Under the pieces are notes generated by a model. That model worked only from the letters and a program-made list of their open reading frames with translations, searched no databases and was not told the DNA's origin. The position numbers and the translations under genes are program-made. 64,000 nt of DNA from Sedimentisphaerales bacterium (GTDB taxonomy: Bacteria > Planctomycetota > Phycisphaerae > Sedimentisphaerales > Anaerobacaceae): contig OY970194.1 of assembly GCA_963708075.1 (NCBI GenBank), positions 2,176,001-2,240,000 of the forward strand, written 5' to 3'. Positions 47,157 to 58,025 of the stretch are shown piece after piece. Each line of letters starts with the position of its first letter. The stretch's first letter is position 1.

Positions 47157-50100
47157 ATGAGAGTATGCCACAGGCCCATCCTTTCCATCATCGCATTGGC
47201 CCTGTTCCGCGTTGCCTCGGTTCAAGGCGAGTGCCCGTTGGGGGACCTCACTGGTGATTGCCGAGTCGACGCCCGGGACGTGCAGATTCTCGCTCAGCAG
47301 CGGCTGACCCCGCCGGGCGGCGACGCCGATCTGAACGGCAACGACAGCATCAATGCGACAGGTTTTGGCCTGCTCGCCATGGACTGGCAGCATTCAGGCA
47401 TCCCGCTTCGCATCAACGAGGTTCTGGCCTCGAACGCCGCCGCCACAAAAGACCCGCAGGGCGAATACGACGACTGGATCGAAATCCACAACGCCGGGCA
47501 GCAACCAATCGACTGCGCGGGCATGTACCTGACTGACGATGCAGCGAATTCCAGGAAGTGGCAGTTCCCCACGGGCAACCCCACGCTCACGACGATCCCC
47601 GCGGATGGCTTTCTCGTGATCTGGGCGGACGCCGACACGACAATCTCCGGCCTGCACGCCAACTTCAGCCTCAGTGCAGATGGCGATGAAGTCGCCCTGT
47701 ACGACAAGGATGGCGTGACGTTAGTCGATTATATCGCTTTCGACGAGCAGCAGGCGGATGTCTCCTACGGCCGGCTGATCGATCCGCCGGACGAGTGGGA
47801 GCAGTTCGCCATGCCGACGCCGGGGATGCCAAATGTCGCCGTCTATCAGGGCATCGTCTCCGCACCCGTTTTCAGTCCCGAGCGGGGCCTTTACAACGAC
47901 GAGGTCCTCGTGACCCTCCGCACCGCGACCGAGGGGGCAAGAATCTACTACACGACCGATGGGACGGAGCCATACTTGACGACCGGCCGCTTCCCAACGG
48001 GCAAGGTGTACCAGACTCCTCTGCGGCTGACCCAGACGATGTGCCTGCGGGCCAAGGCGATCAAAGACGGCTGGAAGTCCTCCACGGTCGCGACGCACAC
48101 ATATCTCTTCATACGCGATGTCGTCTCGCGGGCCCCAGACAACACCGCCCCCGGCTCCGGCTGGCCCACGGGCAATGTCAACGGACAGATCATCAACTAC
48201 GGAATGGATCCGGAGGTCACGCACGACGCCAGATACAAGGACCTTATCGACGACGCGCTGCTGGCCATCCCGTCCATCTCCCTGGTAACGCCGCTGAGCA
48301 ACTTCTTCCATGTGGATACCGGCTTCTACGTCCACCCAGGTGCCGAAGGCCGCGAGTGGGAAAGACCGGTATCCGTGGAGCTGCTAAACCCGGACGGCAG
48401 CGAAGGGTTCCAGATTGACGCCGGAATACGCCTCCGCGGCGGCTACAGCCGAAGCACCAGTAACCCCAAACACGCCCTGCGTCTGCTCTTCCGGTCGGAG
48501 TATGGTCAGGCCAAACTCAGGTTCCCCCTCTTCGGCGACGAAGGGGTGGACGAGTTCGAGAACGTCGATCTGCGCTGCAGCCAGAACTACTCCTGGAGCT
48601 TTGGGGGCGACAGTCAGGAATCGTTCGTTCGTGAGGTGTTCTCCCGTGACGTCCAGGGCGAGACGGGCCAGCCCTACACCCGGACCCGCTTCTACCATGT
48701 CTACATCAACGGGTACTATTGGGGCCTGTACCAGACTCAGGAACGGTCGGAAGCCTCCTATGCGGAGTCCTATTTCGGCGGCGACAAAGACGATTACGAT
48801 GTCGTCAAGGTGGATCGCAGCGTCGGGCGGGCCATGCTCGCCACTGACGGCAACATGGATGCTTTTCGGCGTCTCTATGATGCATTTACGCAGGGGCTCG
48901 CCGACAACAGCAGGTACTACCGGCTGCAGGGAATGGACCCCGACGGGACTCCGAACCCCGCCTACGAGCGGTTGCTCGACGTGGACAACCTGATCGATTT
49001 CATGATCATCGAGTACTACACCGGCGACAGGGATGGGCCCGGCTCCCGTTTCGGCAATATCCCCAACAACACATACGGCATCTACAATCGGGCACACCCC
49101 GACGGCTGGAAATGGTTCCATCACGACAATGAGCACGCCCTGGGCACCAGCCAGAGCGAGACGAATATGGTCACGCCGTTCACCACGGCCGGTTCACAAT
49201 GGCGATACTTCAACCCGCACTGGCAGCACGAGCGTCTGGCCAGCACCAACACGGACTACCGGATGCACTTCGCCGATCACGTGTACCGGCACTTCTTCAA
49301 CGGCGGGCTCCTGACGCCGGACGTCTCTATCGCCCGCATCCAGAGGCGGGCCAAGGAAGTGGAGATGGCCGTCATTGCCGAGTCCGCCCGCTGGGGCGAC
49401 TCCAAGAGATCCACGCCCCTTACGAAGCAGGACTGGCAGAATGAAATCAATCGCATCGTGAACAGCTATCTCCCCGGCCGGACAGGTGTTGTCCTGAATC
49501 AGTTCAAATCCACGGGCTGGTACCCGAATGTCAATCCGCCGACATTCGACCGACAAGGCGGCCACGTCCCGCCGGGCTCCTACCTGCAAATCTCCGGTTC
49601 GGCCGGGACGCTCTACTATTGTCTCGATGGCTCTGACCCGCGTCTGCCCGGCGGCAATGTGAACACCGATCAGGCGAAGTACTACACGGCGGCCATCAAA
49701 CTGAACACAAGCACACACGTGAAGACCCGGCTGTTCAGCAACGGTACCTGGAGCGCGTTGAACGAGGCGGTCTTCGCCGTCGGGCCGGTGGCCCAGAACC
49801 TGCGGATCAGCGAGATCATGTATCATCCGGCCGAGACCGGCAATCCCGACGATCCCAATACCGAGTTCATCGAGCTGACCAATATCGGCAGCTCGACGGT
49901 CAATCTGAACCTCGTGTCGTTCTCCAATGGCGTCGATTTCACCTTCCCCAGCTATGACCTGGCCCCGGGCGCCTACTGCCTGGTGGTCAGAGATAAAGCA
50001 GCCTTCCAAGCCAAGTATGGTTCCAGTCTTCCGGTTGTGGGCCAATACGCGGGCAGTCTGAACAATGCGGGCGAGCGGATCGAGCTGCTCGATGCCGCGG

Positions 50101-51278
50101 GAACGATCATTCACAGCTTCCGCTTCGAAGACAACTGGTTCGATATCGCCGACGGGCTGGGTTTCTCGCTTACAGTGAAAGACCCCGGGACGGCGGACCC
50201 GAACGGCTACGATAATAAGGGCCTCTGGCGACCCAGCGCCAAGGCGGGTGGCTCGCCGGGTACTGACGACAGCGGCCAGGTGCCCGTACTCGGCTCAGTG
50301 GTCATCAACGAGCTTTTGGCCAACTCCGGGCAGGAGTCCGACTGGATCGAGCTGCGCAATACAACCAGCCAGGCCATCAACATCGGCGGCTGGTATCTCA
50401 GTGATGACGCCAATGATCTGACCAAGTACACAATCGGCGCTGGCACGAGCCTTCCGGCCAATGGGTACCTCGTGTTCTATGAGAACCTCCACTTTGGCAA
50501 CAAATCCGATCCCGGCTGCAAGAAGACATTTGGCCTGCGTGCGAGCGGCGAGACGGTGTATTTGCATTCGGGTTCCGCAGGCGTGCTGACCGGCTATAGC
50601 GAGCAGGAGAAATTCGACGCTTCGGAAGCAGGCGTATCGCTGGGCCGCTATGAAAAGAGCACGGGCACATACAACTTTGTGGCCCTGAGCAAGGCCACGC
50701 CCGGTGCGGCTAACGCTGCTCCGAAGATTGGGCCGATTGTGATCAATGAGATCATGTACCATCCGACGACCCCTGCCGATGCGGAGTACGTGGAACTACT
50801 CAATATCAGCAATGAGCCCGTGACGCTGTACGATCCAGCGGAAGAGACCCCTTGGCAATTCAGCGATGATGCCGGGATTGAGTTCCTGTTCCCCACGAAC
50901 TCACCCGTAACGCTCACTGCGGGCCAGTACCTGCTACTGGTCAAAGACATAGACCGATTCAGCTCCAAGTTCGCCCCCCCTGCCGGCGTGCAGATCCTCG
51001 CCTGGAGCTTCGGCAATCTGGCCGATGGCGGCGAGAAGCTCCAGCTCAGCAAGCCTGACGGCACGGACGCGAACGGCGCGCGTCAGTGGATACGCGTGGA
51101 CCGCGTCGTCTACAGCGATGGCTCACACCCGCAGGATTTCGCGGGTAGTACTGACCCCTGGCCGGTTCAGGCAGATGGCCAAGGCTCGTCACTGAGCCGG
51201 ACGGCAGCCACCGCGTACGGCAACGACCCGGACAACTGGTACGCCGCGACGCCATCGCCCGGTCGGCGCAACCCCTGA
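47157..51278 (+). CDS. Secreted lamin-tail-domain / CotH-kinase-like protein with dockerin-like N-terminus
   Basis: GDLTGDCRVD...DLNGND; repeated INE(V/I/L)..N...DWIE(I/L).N modules; IYYTTDGTEP; RLRGGYSR, INGYYWGLY, HDNE. Confidence 0.88.
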   Translation: MRVCHRPILSIIALALFRVASVQGECPLGDLTGDCRVDARDVQILAQQRLTPPGGDADLNGNDSINATGFGLLAMDWQHSGIPLRINEVLASNAAATKDPQGEYDDWIEIHNAGQQPIDCAGMYLTDDAANSRKWQFPTGNPTLTTIPADGFLVIWADADTTISGLHANFSLSADGDEVALYDKDGVTLVDYIAFDEQQADVSYGRLIDPPDEWEQFAMPTPGMPNVAVYQGIVSAPVFSPERGLYNDEVLVTLRTATEGARIYYTTDGTEPYLTTGRFPTGKVYQTPLRLTQTMCLRAKAIKDGWKSSTVATHTYLFIRDVVSRAPDNTAPGSGWPTGNVNGQIINYGMDPEVTHDARYKDLIDDALLAIPSISLVTPLSNFFHVDTGFYVHPGAEGREWERPVSVELLNPDGSEGFQIDAGIRLRGGYSRSTSNPKHALRLLFRSEYGQAKLRFPLFGDEGVDEFENVDLRCSQNYSWSFGGDSQESFVREVFSRDVQGETGQPYTRTRFYHVYINGYYWGLYQTQERSEASYAESYFGGDKDDYDVVKVDRSVGRAMLATDGNMDAFRRLYDAFTQGLADNSRYYRLQGMDPDGTPNPAYERLLDVDNLIDFMIIEYYTGDRDGPGSRFGNIPNNTYGIYNRAHPDGWKWFHHDNEHALGTSQSETNMVTPFTTAGSQWRYFNPHWQHERLASTNTDYRMHFADHVYRHFFNGGLLTPDVSIARIQRRAKEVEMAVIAESARWGDSKRSTPLTKQDWQNEINRIVNSYLPGRTGVVLNQFKSTGWYPNVNPPTFDRQGGHVPPGSYLQISGSAGTLYYCLDGSDPRLPGGNVNTDQAKYYTAAIKLNTSTHVKTRLFSNGTWSALNEAVFAVGPVAQNLRISEIMYHPAETGNPDDPNTEFIELTNIGSSTVNLNLVSFSNGVDFTFPSYDLAPGAYCLVVRDKAAFQAKYGSSLPVVGQYAGSLNNAGERIELLDAAGTIIHSFRFEDNWFDIADGLGFSLTVKDPGTADPNGYDNKGLWRPSAKAGGSPGTDDSGQVPVLGSVVINELLANSGQESDWIELRNTTSQAINIGGWYLSDDANDLTKYTIGAGTSLPANGYLVFYENLHFGNKSDPGCKKTFGLRASGETVYLHSGSAGVLTGYSEQEKFDASEAGVSLGRYEKSTGTYNFVALSKATPGAANAAPKIGPIVINEIMYHPTTPADAEYVELLNISNEPVTLYDPAEETPWQFSDDAGIEFLFPTNSPVTLTAGQYLLLVKDIDRFSSKFAPPAGVQILAWSFGNLADGGEKLQLSKPDGTDANGARQWIRVDRVVYSDGSHPQDFAGSTDPWPVQADGQGSSLSRTAATAYGNDPDNWYAATPSPGRRNP

Positions 51279-51308
51279 TCGGCCGACCATCCATCGCGGA
51301 GGCGAGGC

Positions 51309-53496
51309 CTACTCCGTCGAGAGTTCGTAGTAGACGGCCTTGTAGTTGGCTTGCATGGTCAGGATGGTGGCATTTGATTCCACGGCCAGAGGGACCTCGC
51401 GAATTCGATTGCCGACGATATCGAGGGCCCAGGCTTTGAGCCGGCCCGCCAGATCGGATCGAATCTGCAGGCGGCCAGTGACAGCTTGGAGCAAAGCCGG
51501 ACCTTTGCCGACCTCGCGAAGCCGCCAGTATGGCGTCCCGAGCGGCGACTGCTGCGACGTAGTCTCGTATTCCATTCCTGTGTTGCGCGGGGCCTGTTGC
51601 GGTCACGAGGAGGCGGCGGGCCGATTTGACGGGGGCATCTCCATCCATTGCAGTGACATAGACGGCGCCGAAGTGCGTCGGGCTGCGCAGTGTCGTCGCT
51701 GCCAACTCGTGCGGGCGAACATGCAGGAACCCGATCACGCCCTGTGTTCGCGGCGTGTCGATCGTGACGCAGCCGGCGGAAGCATCCCAGGTGAGCTCGC
51801 CGGTGATGGACCGCGCGACCAGTTTCTCGGGGTCCCAGTACTTGCGGATGTCCTTTACGACGGGCTCGCGCGATTGCGGAACGAAACGGTAGCCGACCTT
51901 GCCAACGAGCGCTGCGGCAATGGGCGCGGGCTTGCGATCCTCGTCGAGACCGAAGACGCTCTGGTGGTCGTAGAGCGACTCGGCCACAAGGTCCGCCTCG
52001 CGGATGTCCTGCCGGTGCCACATGGCGGCCACGGCCGGGAATTGCAGAATCTGCGGCGGATTGCTGAACATGTCGAACGAGCCCGGCCCGAGGCTGTCCC
52101 GCCAGTCGGGGCTGAAGTATCCGAATTCGAGCAGGCCGTCCCAGCCCTGGAGCAGCCCGTAGGCCGCCATGAGGCCGGTGCCTTCGAGCGAGTGCTCGTT
52201 CGGCAGGCACGTGTTCCACTCGCTGATCGTCATCGGCAGACCCAGCACCTGCTCCCACGCTTTCTCGATCACCAGGTTGCCCCGCCCGAGGTAGACCAGC
52301 GTGTTCTGCTCAGGCTTTACGGCCTTGATCATCGGCTGGTTGTGGAACAGGGCCGTGGCGATCCGCCACTTCAGATTACCCTCGCCCTGCGGGTGATCCC
52401 AGTACCCGTGCCGGTCGATGTAGTCGAGCCTCGACTGGCCGAGCATGTGGACACGGGTCGCGAACTCGTGGGCCTGCCAGTTCGTCGCACTGATCGGGAC
52501 CTTCACGCCCGCATTGCGCATCGCGGCGACGCTATCGGCCCAGTACTTGTCCTCCATCTCCAGGTAAAACCGCATTTGGTCCTGGCCCCGGACTCTCTTT
52601 TCCGGGTTCGCCTGGAAATAGCGGCTGAAGAACTGCGTGCTGTTCAACAGGTTAATCCGCTGTCCCGATCCAAGCCCTTCCCCTTCAGCCAGCGACGACT
52701 TCCCATCGACAGCCCAAGCCTTTTGCAGAGCGCTATCGTCGCCATACTTCTTTCGCAGCCAGTCGGCGAATTTTTGGGCTAGCTCGTCGCGGAACGGCTG
52801 CGGAATCTCACCCCAGAACAAGGAGTCCTCATTGAGGACCTCGACCGCAGCCATCGTAGGATCATTGCAGTATCGCTTCTTCGTGTACGGGTTCATGTGC
52901 GTGAAGATATCGGCCATGCGGCGATGCATAATGCCCGCGATCTTCTCGTTGAAGAATTGAGCATGGGATGCCGGCCCCCCCTCAGGCAGCCCCGGGATCT
53001 CGTCGCCAGCCTTGAAGCGGTATATGAGTGGATAATGCACGTCGAGAATCATGTAGATGCCATTCTCGCCGAGCTTGGCAATCAGGTAGTCCAGCCGGTC
53101 GAAGCCCTGGGCACTATAATCGAACGACGTCTTGCCCGAGCGATCGTTGAGATTCTCCAGCCCGTGCATTCGCGTGATGTTGATGCCCTGGCGGCGCATC
53201 CGGCGGACGGCGTAATCAATCTGCTCCTTGGAGAAGCCGCCCACCTGGGCTCCCCAGAAACGCGTGGGCGTGCCGTCCTCAAAGACGAACCGGTCGCCCT
53301 TCACGGTTACAAAGCCGTGCTTGCCTGTCGGCGCCTCGACCCACCGGCTACAGTCCAGAATGGTCGGCCCGAAGTTGTCCTTCACCGGTTCCAGCGAGAA
53401 CCAATTCGCATCGGCTGCCGCCCGTTCGCCCCCGAGCGCGGCGCCACAGAGTAAGAACGCCACGAAACATGAACAGACACAGAATCCACGAGTCAT
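51309..53496 (-). CDS. Secreted clan GH-A-like hydrolase, paralog of 28151-30772; frameshift near 51585
   Basis: RFWG, GINITRMH, LDYLI..L...GI, NPYT, VEVLNEDS, DRHGYWDHP, TISEWN; continues in ORF 51309-51575. Confidence 0.8.
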
Positions 53497-53508
53497 CGGA
53501 ATCTCTCC

Positions 53509-54903
53509 TTATTGCTGGACCTTCACCTTACTGAGATGGTACCAATCATCCGGCCGGCAGCCTTCGATGGCCAGCTTGACCTTCGGCTCATCGGTCCGCT
53601 CGTCCAGGACGGCGATCATCAAGTCGTATTCGCCTTCGCTCAGGTCCTTTGGGACAGCAACGGCGCTATCGTAGAGGTTGTCGCCGGGGAGCCATGAGCG
53701 CAGGTCCGCGCCCGTGACAAGGATCGCGTTGCTCTGTCCGTTGTTCAGGCGAAGCGCCAGGCGGAATGGGCGATAGCACGGAGCCACGCCCTGGTTCTCC
53801 CACCATGAGGTGAACTTCAACTCACTGCCGGGTTTCACCGCCGAAGGATATGTAAACTTGCGAAGGGCGAAGCGATAACCCATCTTCTTAAGCCAGCGAT
53901 CCACCTGCGGCTGCCACTCCTGCGGCACGGGCGAGGACTTGGCGTTGAACGAGGAGATGTGCCACTTCAGGGATTGGTCGATGATGTAGTCGATGTCCCA
54001 GCCCTGATCTTTCCAGTGCTGCATCACCCAGCACACCTCCAGCGTCACGGGCGCCTTCTTCCAGGCATCCTGCATGCCGAAGTTGATGATTGCCTGAGGG
54101 TAGTAGTCGCACATGTGGCACCAGGTCTTGCTGAACCCGCCCATGTCGCCGAGGCAATCCACGCGCCAACCGACATCCCGCCTGGACAAGCCGTAACGGT
54201 TTGTCTTCTCATCCGTCAGGAGCATGACCAGCGGCGTCTTCTTGAATGCATCCAGGTAACTGTCCACAAGGGCCTCACGTGTTCTCTGCGTCAATTTCTC
54301 CGAACCGGCCCCCTCGCCCCAGGCTCCAACAATCGACAGATCGACGCTCTCCAGCACAGGGTGCCCGTCGTACCGGGCCCCGAGGTCCTGCACCATGTCA
54401 CCGAAGTGCTCGACGTAGCGGGGGTCTTCCGGATTCGTCCGCCATTTCTCAGGCAGCCCCTCCTCTTTGCCAACCATCTGTCGATACCAGTCGGGCACAT
54501 CGTTGTCCGCCCCGGTCCCGTACGGAGCGATGCGGAGCAGCAGCGTTTGCCCTCGTGCGCCGGCGGTTTCGAGGGTCTTATCGATGAGGTCCCAGCGATA
54601 CTCGTCTTTGGCCGGCTCGATGAACTTCCAGTACACGCGGAAGTAGGCCAGAGAGGTCATCGGATGGCTCTCATTCTCCAAGTTGCCGCCGAATTCCTGA
54701 TGGACAATTGGGTAGCCCTCAGTCCATTTCCTGCCCTCGTTCAGCTTGTCACCGTTGAACCGCTGAAAGGTCATGAAACCTATGCCGGGATTGACTAAAA
54801 CATCATCGATCACCTTCGGCCTGACGATCACCGTGTTCTGCGAGAAGGCCGGTAATGCACAGAATAACGCCAGAACAATCCAGACCCAGCATGCAGCACG
54901 CAT
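53509..54903 (-). CDS. Secreted DUF4832-type protein (glycoside hydrolase-like)
   Basis: LVNPGIGF, YFRVYWKFIEP, VGAWGEG, MGYRFALR, WWENQGVAPCY. Confidence 0.78.
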   Translation of the reverse strand: MRAACWVWIVLALFCALPAFSQNTVIVRPKVIDDVLVNPGIGFMTFQRFNGDKLNEGRKWTEGYPIVHQEFGGNLENESHPMTSLAYFRVYWKFIEPAKDEYRWDLIDKTLETAGARGQTLLLRIAPYGTGADNDVPDWYRQMVGKEEGLPEKWRTNPEDPRYVEHFGDMVQDLGARYDGHPVLESVDLSIVGAWGEGAGSEKLTQRTREALVDSYLDAFKKTPLVMLLTDEKTNRYGLSRRDVGWRVDCLGDMGGFSKTWCHMCDYYPQAIINFGMQDAWKKAPVTLEVCWVMQHWKDQGWDIDYIIDQSLKWHISSFNAKSSPVPQEWQPQVDRWLKKMGYRFALRKFTYPSAVKPGSELKFTSWWENQGVAPCYRPFRLALRLNNGQSNAILVTGADLRSWLPGDNLYDSAVAVPKDLSEGEYDLMIAVLDERTDEPKVKLAIEGCRPDDWYHLSKVKVQQ

Positions 54904-54912
54904 TGCACTCTC

Positions 54913-56361
54913 CTATGGATGGATGTTTCCGGATACATGGGCACTGTTTTCCGCGATGCGGGGCGCAGCACCCAGCAGGTTATTCACGACCATGTTGTCT
55001 TTGCCGCCGGCAAGCACCAGAGGGCTTGATTTCGCATCGGGCCGATCCTCGCGAATGAGGCAGTCCGACACGCGGCTGTCCGTCACATCCTTGAGCAGCA
55101 GTCCCACGTTGTCGCAGTCCAGAATCGTGCAGCCCGTGATATTCATCCGCTTGCAGCTCTCGATCAAGAGTCCGGCCGGCTCGCGCCACACGTTCGTGAT
55201 GTGCAGAGCCGAGAGCGTGCAATCCTCGCAGTTGCGCAGAACCAGGCTGTTTTTGGCGTCGAGACTGTCGCCGTAATTGTAGCGGGGGTTGCGGTCAAAG
55301 TTGTTGGGGCCGATGATGATATTCGAGCAATCCTCCAAAAGGAGGTTGTGCGTGTATCCCATCCAGAAGGTATTGCCGGTGAGGGTCACGCCGCGACAGT
55401 CCCTCAGGTGGACGTTCACCTTCACGTCGCTCAGGACGTTGCCGGTGATGGTGATATTGCCCTCGCGAACGAGCTTGAGCTTGCTGGTGGGATTGCTGCC
55501 GCCAAGGATCCGGATGTTCGCCGAGTCCGGGGAGGGGCTGTTGTGCTGAATCGTGCAGCCGGTGATAGCCACCTCGGCCGTCCCCTCGGCGCCCCCCGTG
55601 CAGTCGATCAGGACGTTCGCGGTCGGAGGCGTCTTGGGGCTCATGTTGCTTTCGATGTCACAACCTGTGATGTGGATGTTACGCACATTGCCGGCGCGCG
55701 ACACGATGCCCCCGCCGCGATTGTAGCTGATGTGACAGCCCGTGATGTTCGACTGGTGCAGATTGGCGTTGTCATAGAAGATGCCGATCCCGCGATTCTC
55801 ATAGAGATGACAATCCGAGATGATGATGTTGCGGTTGTTGCCCACCAGGTGGATGGCGTGCAGGACATTGCGGACGTGAACGCGTGTGAGGGTCAGCTCC
55901 ATCGTCCCGACAGCCTCAACGCCTATCGCCTCGGGATGATCCCCCTCGATGGCCACGCCATCGACCAGGGGCATGCGCTGGCGTCCCCAGACATCCTTCG
56001 AGAACCCGGCAGGGTCGGCGGACTTGAAATGCGTGCCCACGAACTTGAGCACCGGCCCGGGCCCCGCCATGACGATCTGCGCCACCGCCCCGCCGTTAAT
56101 GGAGGTGTACCCGACCTTGTCCAGCTCGATTACAATCGGCTTTGTGATGCGGTACACGCCCTTGGGCAGTTGCACCAGCCCCACCCCGGCATCGACCGCC
56201 TTCTGGATCGCCGCGGTATCGTCGGCTTTGCCATCCCCCATGGCGCCGAGGCCGCGAACGTCTGTAGGGGCGGGTTTCAAACCCGCCCTCACCGTCCCCG
56301 CGCCAACCACAAGGGTGAGAATCAGCACTGAGGTCACCAGAGCGATTCCTGACCGTCTCAT
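54913..56361 (-). CDS. Secreted right-handed beta-helix (pectin lyase-like) protein
   Basis: GAMGDGKADDTAAIQKAVD...LPKGVYRI; ITGC/ITGN repeats. Confidence 0.88.
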   Translation of the reverse strand: MRRSGIALVTSVLILTLVVGAGTVRAGLKPAPTDVRGLGAMGDGKADDTAAIQKAVDAGVGLVQLPKGVYRITKPIVIELDKVGYTSINGGAVAQIVMAGPGPVLKFVGTHFKSADPAGFSKDVWGRQRMPLVDGVAIEGDHPEAIGVEAVGTMELTLTRVHVRNVLHAIHLVGNNRNIIISDCHLYENRGIGIFYDNANLHQSNITGCHISYNRGGGIVSRAGNVRNIHITGCDIESNMSPKTPPTANVLIDCTGGAEGTAEVAITGCTIQHNSPSPDSANIRILGGSNPTSKLKLVREGNITITGNVLSDVKVNVHLRDCRGVTLTGNTFWMGYTHNLLLEDCSNIIIGPNNFDRNPRYNYGDSLDAKNSLVLRNCEDCTLSALHITNVWREPAGLLIESCKRMNITGCTILDCDNVGLLLKDVTDSRVSDCLIREDRPDAKSSPLVLAGGKDNMVVNNLLGAAPRIAENSAHVSGNIHP

Positions 56362-56423
56362 GAAGTCACTCCTGTTCTGCAGTCTGCCCGTGTCAATAGG
56401 GCGGGTTTGAAACCCGCCCCTAC
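56264..56423. repeat. GTAG-family REP doublet; perfect 26-bp inverted arms, 108-bp spacer
   Basis: GTAGGGGCGGGTTTCAAACCCGCCCT at 56264-56289 and its exact reverse complement at 56398-56423. Confidence 0.93.
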
Positions 56424-56531
56424 CGTTCGCAACATACTACTGATTTGACGCGAGAGTGGGTATTATATAAGTTGCCAATGGTCAGGAGTCGGCCATCGGA
56501 CGATGAACGATAACTGATATGGAGGTCGGCT

Positions 56532-57743
56532 ATGTCTCGCAAACTCAGCACTTGTGTTGTCTGCCTCTTCACAGTCTTCTCTTTGCTTTGCCCCGTGGCG
56601 ACCGCCCAGTCACGCCCCGGGAAGAAAATCATCGAGTACGGCTGGGACGTGCCCTATCCGGACTTCGTGCGTGACAACATCCGCGAGATGGAGAAGCGAC
56701 CCTTTGAAGGGATCATTTTCCGAACGAAGGGATTCGACCACGCCTTCGACGTGCGGCCGTGGAACAAGGCGGACCTCCAGCCGCAACTGGACACGCTGGC
56801 CCAGATCAAATGGGGCAAGTTTACGGACAATATGCTCACCCTCTATGCGGCCAACAAGTGGAACATGGACTGGTTCAACGATGAGCACTGGAAGGTCATC
56901 ACAGAGAACATGAAGCTGTTCTCGCTGGCCCTTAAGAGCGGCAACTGCGTGGGCGTGTGCTTCGATCCCGAGCCGTACGGCCAGGACCCATGGGCGTATC
57001 CCGGCTCCTACAAGGACAAAGCCTTCCCCGAGGTTGCCGAGCAGGTCCGCCGGCGGGGACAGCAGTTCATGGCCGCACTGCAGGAGCACAAGAGCGAATT
57101 GAAGGTCCTGAGCTTCTTTCTCATGGCCCTGTTCCGCGACATCGTCGATGAGCCTGACCCGAATGTCCGGGCCCAGAGGTTGCAGAAATACTCCTACGCC
57201 CTGCTGCCGGCGTTCGTCGTGGGCATGCTCGAAGGCGCCTCGCCCGGCACGATCCTCATCGACGGCAATGAATCCGCGTACTACCATGAGAACTCGCTCG
57301 AATTCTACAAGGATTACCACCTGATGCGTCAGCGGGGACAGGCCCTCGTGCCGGAGGCGCTCCGGAAGAAGTACAACACGAACGTGCAGGCCGGCATAGC
57401 CCTGTATATCGATCAGACGCTCGCCAGGCGCACCGATCGCAAGATCACAAGCAACTTCCTGAGCCCCGACCAGCAACTGAAGTTTTTCGAGCACAATGTG
57501 TACTACGCTCTGACTGCAACTGATGAGTACGTCTGGTGTTACAGCGAGCGCATGAACTGGTGGCTTCCGGCCGAGAAGGCGGGTCCCAACGGGGCTTTGC
57601 CTCCCGGCGTGGAGGAGGCCTTGGTCTCAGCCCGGCAGAAGTACGACGCGGGCAAACCCCTCGGCTACGACATCAGCGAGATGATCCAGGGCGCACGTGA
57701 AGCGAGGCGAAAAGCCGAAGCGGATTCCAGGAAGATGCCGTAA
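56532..57743 (+). CDS. Secreted hypothetical protein
   Basis: GGAGG + ATG, signal peptide, 403-aa ORF with KKIIEYGWD and FDPEPY; no function recognised. Confidence 0.8.
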   Translation: MSRKLSTCVVCLFTVFSLLCPVATAQSRPGKKIIEYGWDVPYPDFVRDNIREMEKRPFEGIIFRTKGFDHAFDVRPWNKADLQPQLDTLAQIKWGKFTDNMLTLYAANKWNMDWFNDEHWKVITENMKLFSLALKSGNCVGVCFDPEPYGQDPWAYPGSYKDKAFPEVAEQVRRRGQQFMAALQEHKSELKVLSFFLMALFRDIVDEPDPNVRAQRLQKYSYALLPAFVVGMLEGASPGTILIDGNESAYYHENSLEFYKDYHLMRQRGQALVPEALRKKYNTNVQAGIALYIDQTLARRTDRKITSNFLSPDQQLKFFEHNVYYALTATDEYVWCYSERMNWWLPAEKAGPNGALPPGVEEALVSARQKYDAGKPLGYDISEMIQGAREARRKAEADSRKMP

Positions 57744-57773
57744 CTCCTGTGACAGAAAAGGTTAGCGCTCTTC

Positions 57774-57802
57774 TTGCAGAGGCGGGCGGCCTCGTGTAAA
57801 GT
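57774..57802 (+). promoter_or_regulatory. tRNA promoter
   Basis: TTGCAG-17 nt-TAAAGT. Confidence 0.55.
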
Positions 57803-57814
57803 AATGTGAAGCCC

Positions 57815-57899
57815 GGAGCAGTGGCCGAGTGGCTCAAGGCGGCGGTCTTGAAAACCGTTGTACCGAAAGGTACCGGGGGTTCGAATCCCTCCTGCTCCG
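57815..57899 (+). tRNA. tRNA-Ser(TGA), CCA not encoded
   Basis: GGAGCAG/CTGCTCC acceptor stem, anticodon loop CT-TGA-AA, long variable arm GTACCGAAAGGTAC, GGTTCGAATCC. Confidence 0.97.
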
Positions 57900-58025
57900 T
57901 TTCATCAGCGGTAGTCGTGTCTACACATCTCACCACGATTTGCTATTTTCACAGAATCTTTCGCTTCGTGACAAAATACGTAGTTTTGCATATTGACACT
58001 GCGTCCGTCGATGGGACAATGGAGA

